Shown one piece after another: positions 1 to 21,347 of a stretch of 64,000 bases of DNA (positions are counted from its first letter, which is position 1; each line of letters opens with the position of its first letter). The position numbers were made by a program, and so were the translations under genes. Source of the DNA: the human T2T-CHM13v2.0 reference genome, Homo sapiens; assembly GCF_009914755.1 (NCBI RefSeq), contig NC_060944.1, one strand, 5' to 3'. The notes below the pieces were generated by a model. The model ran no database searches. It saw only the letters and a list, made by a program, of their open reading frames with translations, and had not been told where the DNA came from.

Positions 1-1118
1 TCTGCACATGGACAAGATTCTAGGTGATGGGTCACAGGAGAAAAGCCCAGCTTGGCAGGTCGCAGTGGCTCCCACCGGTAACAGGGAGGCCAAAACGGGT
101 GGATTGCTTGAGCCCAGGGGTTGGTGACCAGCCTGGGCAACAAAGCAACACCCTGTCTGTACAAAGAAATGATTTAAAAATTAGCTGGGTGTAGCACGTG
201 CCTGTAATTCCAGCTACTTGGGAGGCTGAAGTGGGAGGATCACTGGAGCCCAGGAGTTCAGGCTGCTGAGCTAGGATTGCACCACTTTGCTTGCTCCAGC
301 CTGGGCAATAGAGCAAGACCCTGTCTGTAACAAAATAAGCAAAGCCCAGCTGTGGTGTGTAGGAAGCAGCAGCCTATGCAGCAGTACAGGTAGCAGTTAG
401 GAAGCTGCCAATGGAGGTTTGGTGGAGACAGAAGATGGGAGAGCTGTCTGAGTGCCCAATGGGAGGCTCCCAACACAGAGTGCTGCTGTGTCTGAGAGGG
501 TCCAGGGAGGTAGAAGAAAGGAAGAGACAGACATTGCCCGACTTTGGCCTCCTTTATTCTAGGGCAGCCATAATCCACCGAATTTCAGTCCACCTTGATT
601 TGCAGAAAAGCATATTCCCTTTTCTTCTTAGTTTCCTGCTTTGATCTTTGAGAAATGACTAAACACTCTTATCAGAGAGGCATTAAAAAATCCACTGCTG
701 GCTGGGCACAGTGGCTCACGCCTATAATCCCAGCACTTTGGGAGGCCAAGGCGGACAGATCCCTTTAGTTCAGGAGTTTGAGACCAGCTGAGCAACACGG
801 TGAAACCCCGTCTCTACAAAAAATACAAAAATTAGCCAGACGTAATGGCACGTGCCTGTGGTCCCAGCTACTCTGCTCTGAAGGCTGAGGTGCAAAGTTG
901 GCTCAAGCCCAGGAAACAGAGGTTGCAGTGAGCCAAAATCACGCCATTGCACTCCAGCGTGGGCGACAGAGCAAGACCCTGTCTCAAAAAAAAAAAAAAA
1001 AAAAAAAAATTCCCACTGCCTGGGGCTAGCAGATTCTACCTAATTGCTCTCCCCACATCCAGAAGTAGGTGGTTGCTGGTCTAGCTTGAAGTCTCAGTTT
1101 CTGTAAAGATCATCAATG

Positions 1119-1291
1119 TGGCTGGGTATGGTGGTAAGTGCCTCTAGTCCCAGCTACTAGACAAAGTGAGGTAGGAGGATAGCTTGAGCCCAGGAGTTCA
1201 AAGCCGTAGGGCGCTATCATCATGATCATCATGTTTGTGAATAGCCACTACACTCCACCCTGGGCAACATAACAAGACTCCATCGCAAAAA

Positions 1292-1340
<49 letters not shown>
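1119..1340 (+). mobile_element. Fossil Alu monomer (FAM-like) with an (AAAT)n tail at ~1289-1340
   Basis: Single monomer retaining the 7SL-type gtgaatagccactacactcc segment; catcaatg repeated on both flanks. Confidence 0.7.
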
Positions 1341-1344
<4 letters not shown>

Positions 1345-1493
1345 TCAATGAGTTTCCAGCTGGGCACCAGTGGAGCTCCAAAAGGCAAGCCCTGGCTGGG
1401 CGTGGTGGCTCACCTGTAATCCCAGCACTTTGGGAGGCCAAGGCTGGAGGATTACTTGAGGTCAGGAGTTTGAGACCAGCCTGGGCAACATAG

Positions 1494-1776
<283 letters not shown>

Positions 1777-2491
1777 TGAGCCACCGCGCCCGGCAAAATT
1801 TTTTTAAAACTAGCCAGGTGTTGTGGGGTGCAACTGTAGTCCCAGCTATTCAGGAGACTGAGGCAGGAATATTGCTTGAGTCCAGGAAGTTGAGGTTGCA
1901 GTGAGCCGGGACTGCGCCATTGCACTCCAGCCTAGGGGTCAGAAAGAGACCCTGCCTCAAAAAACAAACAAAAAGGCAAGCCAGGCTGCCTCTATTGTGG
2001 GGGCAGGCCCCACCCTATGTGAATAGAAAGTGGAAGGCAGGCGGGTGGGAAGGTGGGAAAGGGGCCAATGTGAGGAGGCAGGGAGTGGCTGTGGGCAACC
2101 CCCCAACTTGGAGGACCACTGAGAAAAGCAGGGTTGGGGGGTGTGGCGATGGGCGCCTCTGCCCACAGTCAGAGGGAGGGTAAGGGAAAGAACGAGGGAG
2201 ACGTGGCCCCTCTAGGTAGGTGGGCTGGGTCACAAATCCAGCCACCTGTTGCCTTCAAGCTCCTCTAGGTTTTTTGTTTGTTTGTTTGTTTGTTTTTTTG
2301 GTAGTGCTTTATCTTTCTTCCTTTTCATTTTCTCTGGCACACACAAACACACAATCCCACATCTGCAGCCACTGGGTGCCCAGCTCTGCCACAAGCCCTG
2401 GGCTAACTCCTGTAAAAGCCTCACACATGGCTGGGCACAGTGGCTCATGCCTGTAATCCCAGCGATTTGGGGGGCCAAGGCGAGTGGATCA

Positions 2492-2727
<236 letters not shown>

Positions 2728-3955
2728 TCACACACATGAACATGCACACACATGGCCGCAGCACACTCAGACTCTTCTGTTTCGTCTTCAGGGCAGGTCT
2801 GGCAACCACAGGATGTCCTGCTGGTCCCCCCTCACCTCTGAGCTGCCCCACCTGTTTTTTCTGGTGCTGATCAAGTCCTCTCTGATACCTTCCCCTGTCT
2901 GCCGCTGGATTAACGGTGGTCAACATTTATTGATGTATAGAGTGCCTACTAGGTGCCAGGCTCTACCCTGTCCACTTCACATGCTGCCTCACTTAGGAGG
3001 GCGTTAAGTTGCATGTAACAGAAACCCCACTCAGCGGTTTAACCACATAAATGTCTGTACACCTCACTCAACAAGTAGACTCTGCAGCATCTCTGGGGCC
3101 GAGGCTCCTTCCTGCCTCACTGTTCTCAGCACACAGCTTTTGGCCCTGGGGTCACAAAAAGTCAGAGAATGGCACTGAGTCTGCCCCCCTTATTTGGAAA
3201 ACAATGACTTTCCTGAGGCCTCACCCAGGTGGCTCCTACAGTGCCCCACCGGCTGGGGAGGATGCAGATGCATTTCTGATTGGACTCATGTCCTCTAAAT
3301 AAAGGAGGGCCAGGGGACCCTGAGTCTGGGAAGGCTGGCTTCTTTTCACCCTTTGTATTTGCTCTGATCTAGTCCTTATATCCAGAATGCCCTTCCTGCC
3401 ATCTGCAGCTACTGAACTCCTACCTCTCCAGAAAGCCCAGTTCAGATGCTCCCTCCTCCACACAGTCTTGCCAGATTGCTCCTCCAGAGTCCTCCCCACT
3501 TCTGAATCTGTTGGCCATCTTGACTCCTACTTGCCTTGGCCATTGCACCTGTCTGCACAGAGCCTGATGGGAACTCTAAGCACCCAGAGGATTTTCCCAG
3601 CAGAATGAGTGGATGAGCACACAAATGAATGGTGTGTTCTCACTTTTAGGCCATCTCCATCCTTTGCGATCTTGTTCAAGTCCTCCCTCCACGTACAGTC
3701 CTCCCCCGACCTCTCTTACTTCCATGGTGGCTGCTCCAGGGAGCAGAGCTCATGTCCCCGGTGCCTTCCACTTGGCACCATGCTGTGAGACACTGGCCAC
3801 ATCAGGGAGCATCTCTGAGCCCACTTAGTTATCTGTTAAATGAAAGGCTATGCTCTAAATTTCTTCTCATGCTAAAAACCTCAACCCTGCCAGAATTCAA
3901 GCCTTGGGGCAGGGGAAGGATTCTATCACATTCCTTTTTTTTTTTTTTTTTTTGA

Positions 3956-4063
<108 letters not shown>

Positions 4064-4289
4064 TAGCTGGGACTACAGGCGCCCGCCACCACGCCCGGCT
4101 AATTTTTTGTATTTTTAGTAGAGACGGGGTTTCACCGTGGTCTCGATCTCCTGACCTCGTGATCCACCCTCCTCGGCCTCCCAAAGTGCTGGGATTACAA
4201 GCGTGAGCCACTGCGCCCGGCTATCCCATTCTTATCTTCCAGTTTAAAGGCAGACTTCAAAGTAAAATCGTTTTAGTGGAATTGTCACA

Positions 4290-5150
<861 letters not shown>

Positions 5151-7039
5151 AGTGAGGTCAGCATGAGTAGCCACTGCTGGGCTTGCTGTTTTAGATGATG
5201 TCTGAGCTAGCAGGCATAGACATTCCCAATGTACCCAGAACAGACTCTCAGAAGCATGGGTTGGACCCAGGAGAGCCCAGTGGCCAAGGAAAAGGGATCT
5301 CCCAGGGCACACCCACAAGCAGCCTCCAGCAAAACCATCAAGCAAAACCCCCACTCCCAGTAGGCTGAGGAAGCCCTCCATGCTGTCACCTCCATCTGGG
5401 TCTCCCACTGTCCTCTGGGAGTAGTAGCTCAAGCCAGCCTCCCACAGCTGTCTCCTCCACACACCTCACATGAGGCCAGCCCTCTAGTGGTCAGAAACTT
5501 GGTGTTGACTCACTGCCTGAGGAGTGGACAGAGGCTGGGAAACTGTGTTCCAGATGCCAGGTGGCCCCCAGCAACCAGAGCCCTCTCCTTGCTAGCTCTC
5601 TGCTGTAATCAGCTGGCAGACACCAGCCCTGGCTGAGAGCAATAGGGACTGGGGACCAGGAGCTGTGCCAACATCACTCCCCAGCCTCGTAGCTGAGGCC
5701 CCACAGTCTCTGGGCTTGCCGCAACACCTGCACACACATTTACGTGTTGTCACATGCTTTGGCCAGGCCCTGGCCACCTGCAGCTTCCCTTCAGTCACCT
5801 CCTAACCTATCCTGGGTCCTATGGCTTAAGGGGCCCAGAGTGCACTTTCTCAGGGGGTGCTGGCTCTAGGATCCCTGCCTGGGCCACCCTACCCTGTTCT
5901 CCTTTCTTGTCACCAAAGAGCGTGTTCAAGCCGGCTCCAGTCCTGTGTTGTGCATGGCCCTGGGGAGTGGAGATGGAAGCCATCAGCACTATTGGTGAGA
6001 CCTGATTCACAGGGGTGCAAAGGCCGCAGCTGAATGCCAACGGGCAGCCTGAGCAGGAAGGCTTCCTCCCATTTTGTCTGAGTATATATCTACAAGGTCA
6101 ATTAAAAGGACAGGAAAGGCCAGGCGTGGAGACTCACGCCTGTAATCCTAGCAATTTGTGGGGGAGAAGCGGGAGGATCACTTGAGCCCAGAGTTCAAGA
6201 CCAGCCTGGGCAATACAGTGAGACGCTAACTCTACAAAAAAATTTAAAGTAGCTGGATGTGTTGCCTGCCTATAGTCCCAGCTACTTGGGGGGCTGAGGT
6301 AGGAGCATTGCTGATGGGAGCGGGCAGCGAGGCTGCAAAAAAAAAAAAAAAAAAAAAAAAAAGCCGGGAAAGGGAATTCTAGGCTGGGGGAACAGTCAGT
6401 GGGGGAGGCTCCGAGGCACATTTGGGGGACAAGGCTGAAGCCATTCACATGCCAAGAGGTAAAGGAGGTGCAGCTTCATGGTCGCGGTGGGGGTGGTAGT
6501 GGTGGTGGTGGCTGGAGGAACACATGCAAGTCAGGCAGTGAGGCCCAGGCAGGCCTTGTGGGGCCCCCAAACACCAATGGGCCAAGCCTCCAAGTTGGGG
6601 CTTTTACGTAAGGCTCTATAGGGGTTAGCGCCAGAGTGCCCCTTTCAGGTTTAAGGTATAAACCTCTTCCCTGTTGTTTTGATGGCCTCCAGTCAAGAAG
6701 GGGGCTTGCTGGTCAGCCCTACTAAGCGTTCGCCCTGGGCGACACTCTACAAGGTTTTACTGGGGCCCAATGAAATTGACAGATCTGCCAGGGACACACA
6801 CTGAGAGTCCAGAAGCAGCGTTCGAATCGTTCTGCGCCGAACCGAGTGACAGCATTAAACCGCTGCAGGAACCCACAAATTCAGAATCTGCGCAAAATAC
6901 ACATATTTGTATTTAAAATCCGCGCAAAATACCCATGTGCCTAAATACACATATTTCCCTCCAAAGTCATAATTTCCGGGGGTACAGCCCAGGAATGTAC
7001 ATTTGAACTGGTGCCCCAGTGATTCTCACGCATGTTGGC

Positions 7040-7935
7040 TAGATAAGAACTCAGCCGCAGCCCGTAGCTGCGCGGCCCGGCCTAGGTCCACCCGCCGCCC
7101 GTCCCGGAGCCTCCTAAGGCCGCAGGCGACGCGCCCCGCCCTCCGGGGACAACTAGGCCCCGGCCTTTTCCGCAGACTCCGCGCTCCGAGCCGCGGCGCC
7201 CCCTCGCGGCCGCCGGGGTCGGCAGCCTGGGGCTCCGCTGATCTAGGGCAACGAGCGGGGGACGCTTCGAGCCCGCAGCGAGAGTGACCAGCATGGTCCC
7301 TGCCGGCAGCTCGGGGCCGGAGGGTTTTGACTGCAAGGCCAGCCCACGCCGAGGGTCCAAGCATCGGGATATGCCGCCAGCACCTGGCTGCTGCAGCACC
7401 GCGCTGGACATGAGCGCTCCGCCCAACCCGACGGCGTCAGCTGGCGCGCGCGCCCGCGACCGACGTGCGCAGGCGCCCACGGGCCGCGCAGCCGCCATTG
7501 CTCTCCTGCCACGGAGGGGAGCGCTTGGTGGCAGTCCGCGGGCCCGGACGGAAGGCTGAGGCGACGCCTCGACGACAGCGGACCGGAGCTGCAGGGGCAA
7601 CACATTCAGGGCGGGGTGCCCCATTTAGGCCTGGCTGACCGGAGTAAGAAACTACAACCCCCGAAGTGCCTTGCGCCTCAAGGTTACGGAGGCAGTGACG
7701 TAAGCTGTCTTGACCGCTACCATTTCTCTAGTAGAGGCGGGACGCGGCGGCGCGGAGTGATGACGCGCTCTGCTGGCGGCTGGAGGGTTGCGGAGGTCAG
7801 CAATTGGGTGCTGGGCTCCGGTTCTCGAAGTGCCTTTGCGAACCTGCTATTTTACCAGTTTAAACTGACGGTCTGTTTAGCCTTAGCTACAGATACCCAC
7901 TGACTGTGTACCCGCCGCCTTTCAACCCCCGGGCC
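7040..7935. promoter_or_regulatory. AP5S1: AP5S1 CpG-island promoter
   Basis: GC/CpG-dense block upstream of the AP5S1 coding exons. Motifs: NRF1-like TGCGCAGGCGC 7466-7476, YY1-like GCCGCCATT 7491-7499, ZNF143/THAP11-like ACTACAACCCCCGAAGTGCC 7651-7670, TGACGTAA 7696-7703. Confidence 0.85.
7480..7699 (+). other. AP5S1: AP5S1 non-coding exon 1 (TSS approximate)
   Basis: Good donor GAC|GTAAGC at 7699/7700 inside the CpG island. The next exon starts 16 nt before the ATG, so a non-coding first exon is required. Confidence 0.6.
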
Positions 7936-7959
7936 GGCCACTGAGCCAGCCAGATAACC

Positions 7960-8950
7960 ATTACTATTATTTAGTTTCTATTTTGAAACAGTTTCAGGTA
8001 ACTCCTGTATGCACTTGGATGAGATTCACAAGTTGTAACCTCATTTGCCCCATTTACCTTATTATTTCCTCTGTTTTTCTCTCTGCCTTTTTTCTTCCCT
8101 GGACCAAGTGAGTTAGTTGCAGATATGAAATCCTGTTTCCTCTATATTTAGAGGCCCATCCGTGTTTATTTTCTAAAAACAAGGACGAGCTCCTGCATTC
8201 AAAATCGGGTAACATTGGTCAAGACTTTTTCTGACCCATAGTCCATATTGAAATGTTTTTAAAGTTTTTATTAGTGTCCTAATAATGCCCTTTATGGAAA
8301 TTATCCTTTTGTTTTTCTTTCTTTTTTTTTGAGACAAGAGTTTCCCTCTGTCGCCCAGGCTGAAGTGCAGTGGTGCGATCTCGGCTCACTGCAGCCTCCC
8401 CTCCCGGGTTCAAGCGATTCTGTGGCTTCAGCCTCTCAAGTAGCTGGGGTTACAACCATGCGCCACCATGCCCGGCTAATTTATTTTTAGTAGAGATGAG
8501 GTTTCACCATGTTGGCAGGCTGGTCTGGAACTCCTGACCTCAAGTGATCCGCCCACCTAGACCTCCCAAGGTGCTGGGATTACAGGCGTGAGTCACCACA
8601 CCTGGCCCAAATTACCCTTTTCTTGGTCCAGGACCCGATCCAGGAGTACACGTCGCATTCAGCTATCTGGTCTCTTCAGTCTCCTTCGGTCTGGAGCAGC
8701 TCCTCAGGTTTTCCATGACCGCATGACCTTGACGCTTTTGAAGATACCTGTTGTTTTGTAGAACTAGGTTTAGGGTGGTCTGAGATTTTTTTTGTTTGTT
8801 TGTTTGTTTTTCTTTTTTCTTTTTTTTTTTTTTTAGTTTATGCCTATTCTGCTTATGTATGTCTGAGATTTTTTATCACTGGATTCTGTTATGTGATGTT
8901 GTTCAGATGCTGTTATTCAAAGTGTTCAGCCTCACTGGCCTCTGGATACA
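7960..8950 (-). mobile_element. L1MC-like 3' fragment with an Alu(-) at ~8305-8608
   Basis: gtccaggacccgatccagg...cattcagctat...tgaccttgacgcttttgaag pattern, also seen at 31340-31480. Confidence 0.55.
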
Positions 8951-9058
8951 CTCCCAGACACTGCCAGGTCAGCCCCTTCCTGTGGTCGCCTCTCCTGCTG
9001 GGGTTCACTCTCACCTTACCAATGTCTCTGGCTTCCCTGTAGCACCCACCCTGGAGCC

Positions 9059-9234
9059 ATGGTCCACGCCTTCCTCATTCACACCTTGAGGGCCCCGAAT
9101 ACTGAGGACACGGGCCTTTGCCGAGTGCTGTACTCCTGCGTCTTCGGTGCTGAGAAGTCACCTGATGACCCACGGCCGCATGGTGCCGAGAGGGACAGGC
9201 TTCTCCGGAAGGAACAGATTTTAGCTGTGGCCAG
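9059..9234 (+). CDS. AP5S1: AP-5 complex subunit sigma-1, first coding exon (aa 1-59)
   Basis: Acceptor ttccctgtag| at 9042 and strong Kozak gccATGG. Translates MVHAFLIHTLRAPNTEDTGLCRVLYSCVFGAEKSPDDPRPHGAERDRLLRKEQILAVAR, with donor AG|GTAACC; 176 nt. Confidence 0.95.
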
Positions 9235-9439
9235 GTAACCACACAGCCCAGCCCCAGGCCTTCATTGAACACGTACCTGATTGTAATAGGTATTTTCGGG
9301 GAGTGGGGACGCAGAGAAATAGGAGGACTAAGAAGCAGAGAGGAAGTTTTAGAGTAGCATTTCCCAGAGAGTCTTCCACAGCTTTTCATAAGTGTTACGT
9401 GAAAAGGGTTAAATAAATAATAATTCTGTTATCATTATT

Positions 9440-9700
9440 AGTATAATTAGCATTTGTTCAGCCTGTAAGTGCTAAGCATTTATATTCTGAACATCTTATA
9501 TATATTAACTCATTTAATCCTCATAATAGTCTTTTGAGGTAGGTATAGTTATTATCTCCACCTTATAGATGAGTAAACTGAGGTATAGAGTGTTTGAGGA
9601 ATTTAACCTGTCCAAGGTTACATAGCTAGAAAGTAGCAGAACTAAGATTTGAGAGTAGGCAGGCAGACAGTACAGATTAAACATGCTTTTCAGTGCAGTA
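9440..9700 (-). mobile_element. MIR
   Basis: Core tcatttaatcctcataatag...gatgagtaaactgagg...ccaaggttacatagct. Confidence 0.75.
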
Positions 9701-10018
9701 CTTAACAGGGCCTTTAGTGTGCCTGTAGACTTTATGAATTTCTAACGAAGAGAGAGGATGTGGTACATGAGGACTCCAGAAAGCCAGGGATCCAGATCAC
9801 AGTTTGGAATATACTGTTCCAGACTAGGGTGGCTAGCCTTGGCTCTTCCCCTCTCAGACCCAGCCAGAACTGGTAGGTGCTGGAGCCTCCTGGACCTCCG
9901 CATTCTGGGTGGGGTAGCACCACTCTGGGGCAACCTTCTGCCAACTCCTGCCTTTCCCTTGTTCTTCTTATTCTCCTTCCCCTCCCTGTAGCTCAGAAAA
10001 CCAAATACATGCCTTTAA

Positions 10019-10770
<752 letters not shown>

Positions 10771-10811
10771 GGTGTGTGAGCCCACCAGCCTGACCTGCCC
10801 ACTCTCCCCAG

Positions 10812-11238
10812 GCAGGTAGAGTCAATGTGTCGGCTGCAGCAGCAGGCATCTGGCCGGCCCCCCATGGACCTGCAGCCGCAATCCTCAGATGAGCAAGTGC
10901 CGCTGCACGAGGCCCCACGTGGGGCTTTCCGCCTGGCAGCAGAGAACCCTTTCCAGGAGCCACGGACGGTGGTGTGGCTGGGCGTGCTCTCGTTAGGCTT
11001 TGCCCTGGTGCTGGATGCCCATGAGAACCTGCTACTGGCTGAGGGCACGCTCCGGCTGCTGACACGCCTCCTCCTTGACCACCTCCGGCTGCTGGCGCCC
11101 AGCACCAGCCTTCTGCTGCGGGCTGACCGCATTGAGGGCATCCTCACCCGCTTCCTGCCACATGGTCAGCTGCTTTTCCTCAACGACCAGTTTGTCCAAG
11201 GCCTGGAGAAGGAATTCAGTGCCGCTTGGCCCCGCTGA
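10812..11238 (+). CDS. AP5S1: AP-5 complex subunit sigma-1, last coding exon (aa 59-200)
   Basis: Acceptor ctctccccag| at 10811, in phase with the previous exon (AR/QVESMCRLQQQ...EKEFSAAWPR*). 176+427=603 nt = 200 aa + stop, matching AP5S1 as I recognise it. Confidence 0.96.
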
Positions 11239-11591
11239 TTCCTCGTTGGGATGGTGCTTCTGAGGGCAGGCAGAGGGTAGACACACAGCCAGATGAAGCT
11301 TGGCATCTCCCTCCTACCCAGCAGCTCTGATGTGCTGCTATACCAGGACAAGTGGGTGACACAAGCCTGCAGAAAGGGGGCTGGGCAGAGGGTGGAGGAG
11401 GTCCTGCCTGTCCTCAGGTTAGTGGAACCACAGAACTTCCTGAGCCTAGAGCTGCTGTGTTACTTAGACCGCTGCCGTGCGGCAGCCACGCTTGTCCTTG
11501 AACCCACCTTCCTCCATCCCTGCCAGCCGATAGTGCTAGGGTGAGGAGCTGCCTGGAGCTCACCCCGCTCTTCTTCCAAACCCACAGTCAA

Positions 11592-11888
11592 GGCCAGGCG
11601 CGGTGGCTCACGCCTGTAATCCCAGCACTTTGCGGGGCTGAGGTGGTTGGACCACCTCAGGTCGGGAGTTCAAGACCAGCCTGGCCAACATAGTGAAACC
11701 CCATCTCTACTAAAAATACAAAAATTAGCTGGGTGTATGGCGCCCACCTGTAATCCTAGCTGCTCAGGGGGCTGAGTCATGGGAATCACTTGAACCTGGG
11801 AGGCAGAGTTTGCAGTGAGCCGAGAGTGCGCCACTTCACTCCAGCCTGGGCAACAGAGTGAGACTCCATCTCAAAAAAAAAAAAAAAA
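11592..11888 (+). mobile_element. Alu in the AP5S1 3'UTR
   Basis: Full-length dimer with TSD aa(a/t)cccacagtca. Confidence 0.9.
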
Positions 11889-12216
11889 TCCCACAGTCAT
11901 CGAAACACAAAAGGGGTCTCAGACTCCCCTGAGGGTGGAGGAGCTGTGCCTGCATGCTGGCAGGCCACAGCCCCTGGCTTTGTGCCCACTTAGGCAGTAT
12001 TATCAACAAGGTCCTGCTCAGTGTCCAGCCCCCGCTGAGTTCAGAAATGCATCTGCCAATCAGCAGCAGGATTCTGCAGCTCCTTTTGTGCCAAGCCCGT
12101 TCCCACCAGGCAGGCTCGAGATAAAGTCATCACAGCCTTCCCTCATCTGCAGGGAGAGAAGTTGCTGTCAGATGAATGTGAGCAGTCTAGCCTGGATGAC
12201 ATATTTTTCGTTTTGA

Positions 12217-12222
12217 ATTAAA
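12217..12222 (+). terminator. AP5S1: AP5S1 polyadenylation signal (ATTAAA); 3'UTR ~11239-12245
   Basis: ATTAAA followed by GU/U-rich sequence (gtgtgatttt...tctttctgtgagttt). Confidence 0.65.
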
Positions 12223-14558
12223 AGCACTGGCTGTGTGATTTTACCCTCTTTCTGTGAGTTTGATGCGTGCATCCTGCTCCTATGAGTGAGTGCCTCTCTG
12301 GATGGCCCCAAAGCTGCGTGTCTGAGCTTTCGTGGTCAAGGATCCCCCTAGGAGGCTTCTTGGGATGCCTCCATCTCTCATCCCCACCTCACCTCTGTCT
12401 CCTTAGAGGCCTCCTTTGGATGGTGGCACACATTTCTCCACCAAAGTATATGTCACAGGTGGCAGGTGGCTGTGGCAGAGCCGTCTGAGAAGCAGTGCTT
12501 GGGCTGAGAATTGGTGCGAGTGGTTTATGTGGGGTGGGCGGTGATCCCGGGAAGCAGGAAGGGGACACAGTCCTCGTGAATGCTTGTCAAGCCTATTAGG
12601 ACTGTGGTAGGGAGCTGAGTGCCTCTAGGGGGCTGCACACAGCAGTTGCCTCTGAATTACCTCACCTGAGAGGTGGCGGCTGTGGGTGTTTGCCTACTGC
12701 CTTTAGTCAGTGGTTACAGGTTGATCCCAGGGTGCATACATTCCCTGGCTCTTTCTGCCCCTGAGAAAAAGCCTTCAGGCAATGTGGAGCTGGGCCTGCC
12801 TGCACCATGTTGAGTCCCAAAGGGATATGGGTGGGGTACCAAAAGTCGGTGGTTAGGAGGTCTTCAATCAGCAGCTTCTAGTGAAGGTTTAAACTTACTC
12901 AGTTGGGGGCGGGGGGTGGGGGAAAAACCACTTCAGTTTACATTGATTTTCATGATCTTCCTGTTACCAAGGAAGGTGAGGCTTTCTTGGCAGAACGAGC
13001 CTCCTAGGTGCTCAGCTCTCATGCTTGCCATCCATCAGTTGCCCTTTAGCATCCAGGATGGACCCAACTACACCCACTTTGGAGGCAGCACTGATGATTA
13101 GCCCTTCCAAGTCCATGGCCAAGGCCACCAGCCATGCCAGGCCTTCTACCACCACTGTCAACATAATTGGGATGAGGCCACCTTTTCCATTTTATGGTGC
13201 CACAAACCACCTTGACCATGAAGACCTAAAGGGATGTTACTCTGTGTGTGTGGCCAAGTCCCACCAGTGGAAATGTCCCACAGGCCTCTAGTAGGGACAC
13301 CCCTTCCCTATACATTCTGTTCTCCTGGCCCACCCCTCACCCCAGGCTGGCGGTCCTGGTGGATTGGCTGTGTTCTCAGGGAACAGGCCATTTTGTCCTC
13401 TATGGAAAGGCTCAAGCTTACTGATCTGAATTCTTTCTGCCTTTTTTTCAAACGGAACTTAAGGAAGAGGTTGAGACTCTGCTCCCCTGGGAGCTGTGGG
13501 AAGTTGAGGTTAGGCGTGGCTGGTGGCCTGGTTCTCATGAGGTGGGGCAAACTGATGGACAAGAGAATAGTAGAGACTGAGACCACACCGTGGGGCTGCT
13601 GAGCTCCAGTTCCTGTCCAGCTGGACCAGGGTTTTCTTAACCAGATGAGCTTGCCCAGCACCCTTCCCACACTTCACACTTCTGCCCCAGCCTCTTGGGC
13701 TGGGTTTCCACCACAATTTATGCTCACCATATATTTATCGAGCCTCCCTTGGGCCTGATGCTCTGCTGGGTGCAATGCAGGATACAGAATGACCCCAAAG
13801 TTCCAGGAGAGACAGAGCTAAGGCCAGGTGACTGCAGATGACTGCAAAGCAGCAATGGTTTGAGCATCCCTGAATTGCTGCTCACAAGTGCTTTAAACAC
13901 CTAAAGGAAGAAGGGGCACTTCAGTGACGAAGGCCAAGTGAAGGAGCCAGGATTTAGAACTAAAAGTGAGATGGCTATGGAAGCAAACTTGCCTCCCTCT
14001 CCAAGCCTCTTCCCTTTCTTCTCCCTGCCCCAGGAACCCTGGCCAAACCACATATCCCTCAGCTTCTTGAGAGAACTAGAGACTTTGAGCAGCTAGTAGT
14101 GTTACCAGTGTACCTCCACAAACACTCCTGGGACAACAGATGATGACAGGAGGGCAGTAGAGCCCAGAGAAGAGAGCTTACCTGGAAGGAGGAAGAAGTC
14201 ACAGGTTTTGTTTTGTTTTGTTTTAGGCGGAGTTTCTCTTTGTTGCCCAGGCTGGAGTGCAGTGGCGCAATCTCGGCTCATTGCAAGCTCCGCCTCCCAG
14301 ATTCACGCCATTCTGTCTCAGCCTCCCAAGTAGCTGGGACTACAGGTGCCTGCCACCACGTCCGGTTAAGTTTTTCTATTTTTAGTAGAGACGGGGTTTC
14401 ACCGTGTTAGCCAGGTTGGTCTACATCTCCTGACCTTGTGATCCGCCCGCCGTGGCCTCTCAAAGTACCGGGATTATAGGCGTGAGCCACCACGACTGAC
14501 TGGCATGAAGTCACAGGTTTTAAGGCAGGAACTGGCCTGCATGTATGTGGGTCACTGA

Positions 14559-15042
<484 letters not shown>

Positions 15043-15139
15043 TAATGCAGTTAACCGTGTTTGTCAGATTCAATACTCTGTGACCCGTTAACCAAGTCTC
15101 TGTATGTTTATTACTGCAATTCAAGTGGCCGTGACCGTT

Positions 15140-20830
<5,691 letters not shown>

Positions 20831-20832
20831 GT

Positions 20833-20948
20833 TTCCTTGCTTCCTTCCTTCCTTCCTTCCTTCCTTCCTTCCTTCCTTCCTTCGTTCCTTCCTTCCTTCT
20901 TTCCTTCGTTCCTTCCTTCCTTCCCTCCGTCCCTCCTTCCCTCCCTCT
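20833..20948. repeat. (TTCC)n / (GGAA)n microsatellite
   Basis: 10 consecutive TTCC at 20841-20880 and about 20 in total, with TTCG/TTCT/CTCC interruptions. Confidence 0.95.
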
Positions 20949-21125
20949 GTCAGGAGTCCAAGACAAGGCTGGCCAACATGGCAGAAACCACGTCTCTACT
21001 AAAAATACAAAAATAAGCCAGGAATGGTGGTACACGCCTGTAATCCCAGCTACTTAGGCGCAGTCTCGGCTCACTGCAATCTCCACGTCCCGGGTTCAAG
21101 CGATTCTACTGCCTCAGCCTCCTGA

Positions 21126-21347
<222 letters not shown>

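Noticed and set aside
6885-6957. Short reiterated aat(c/t)gcgcaaaatac / aaatacacatattt motifs upstream of the AP5S1 island
   Set aside because: Two or three imperfect copies consistent with local slippage; not a true E2F consensus and not an array.
10811-10821. CAG|GCAG|GTAG tandem acceptor / recursive-like site at AP5S1 exon 3
   Set aside because: Only the first AG preserves the 200-aa frame, and nothing else supports use of the second.
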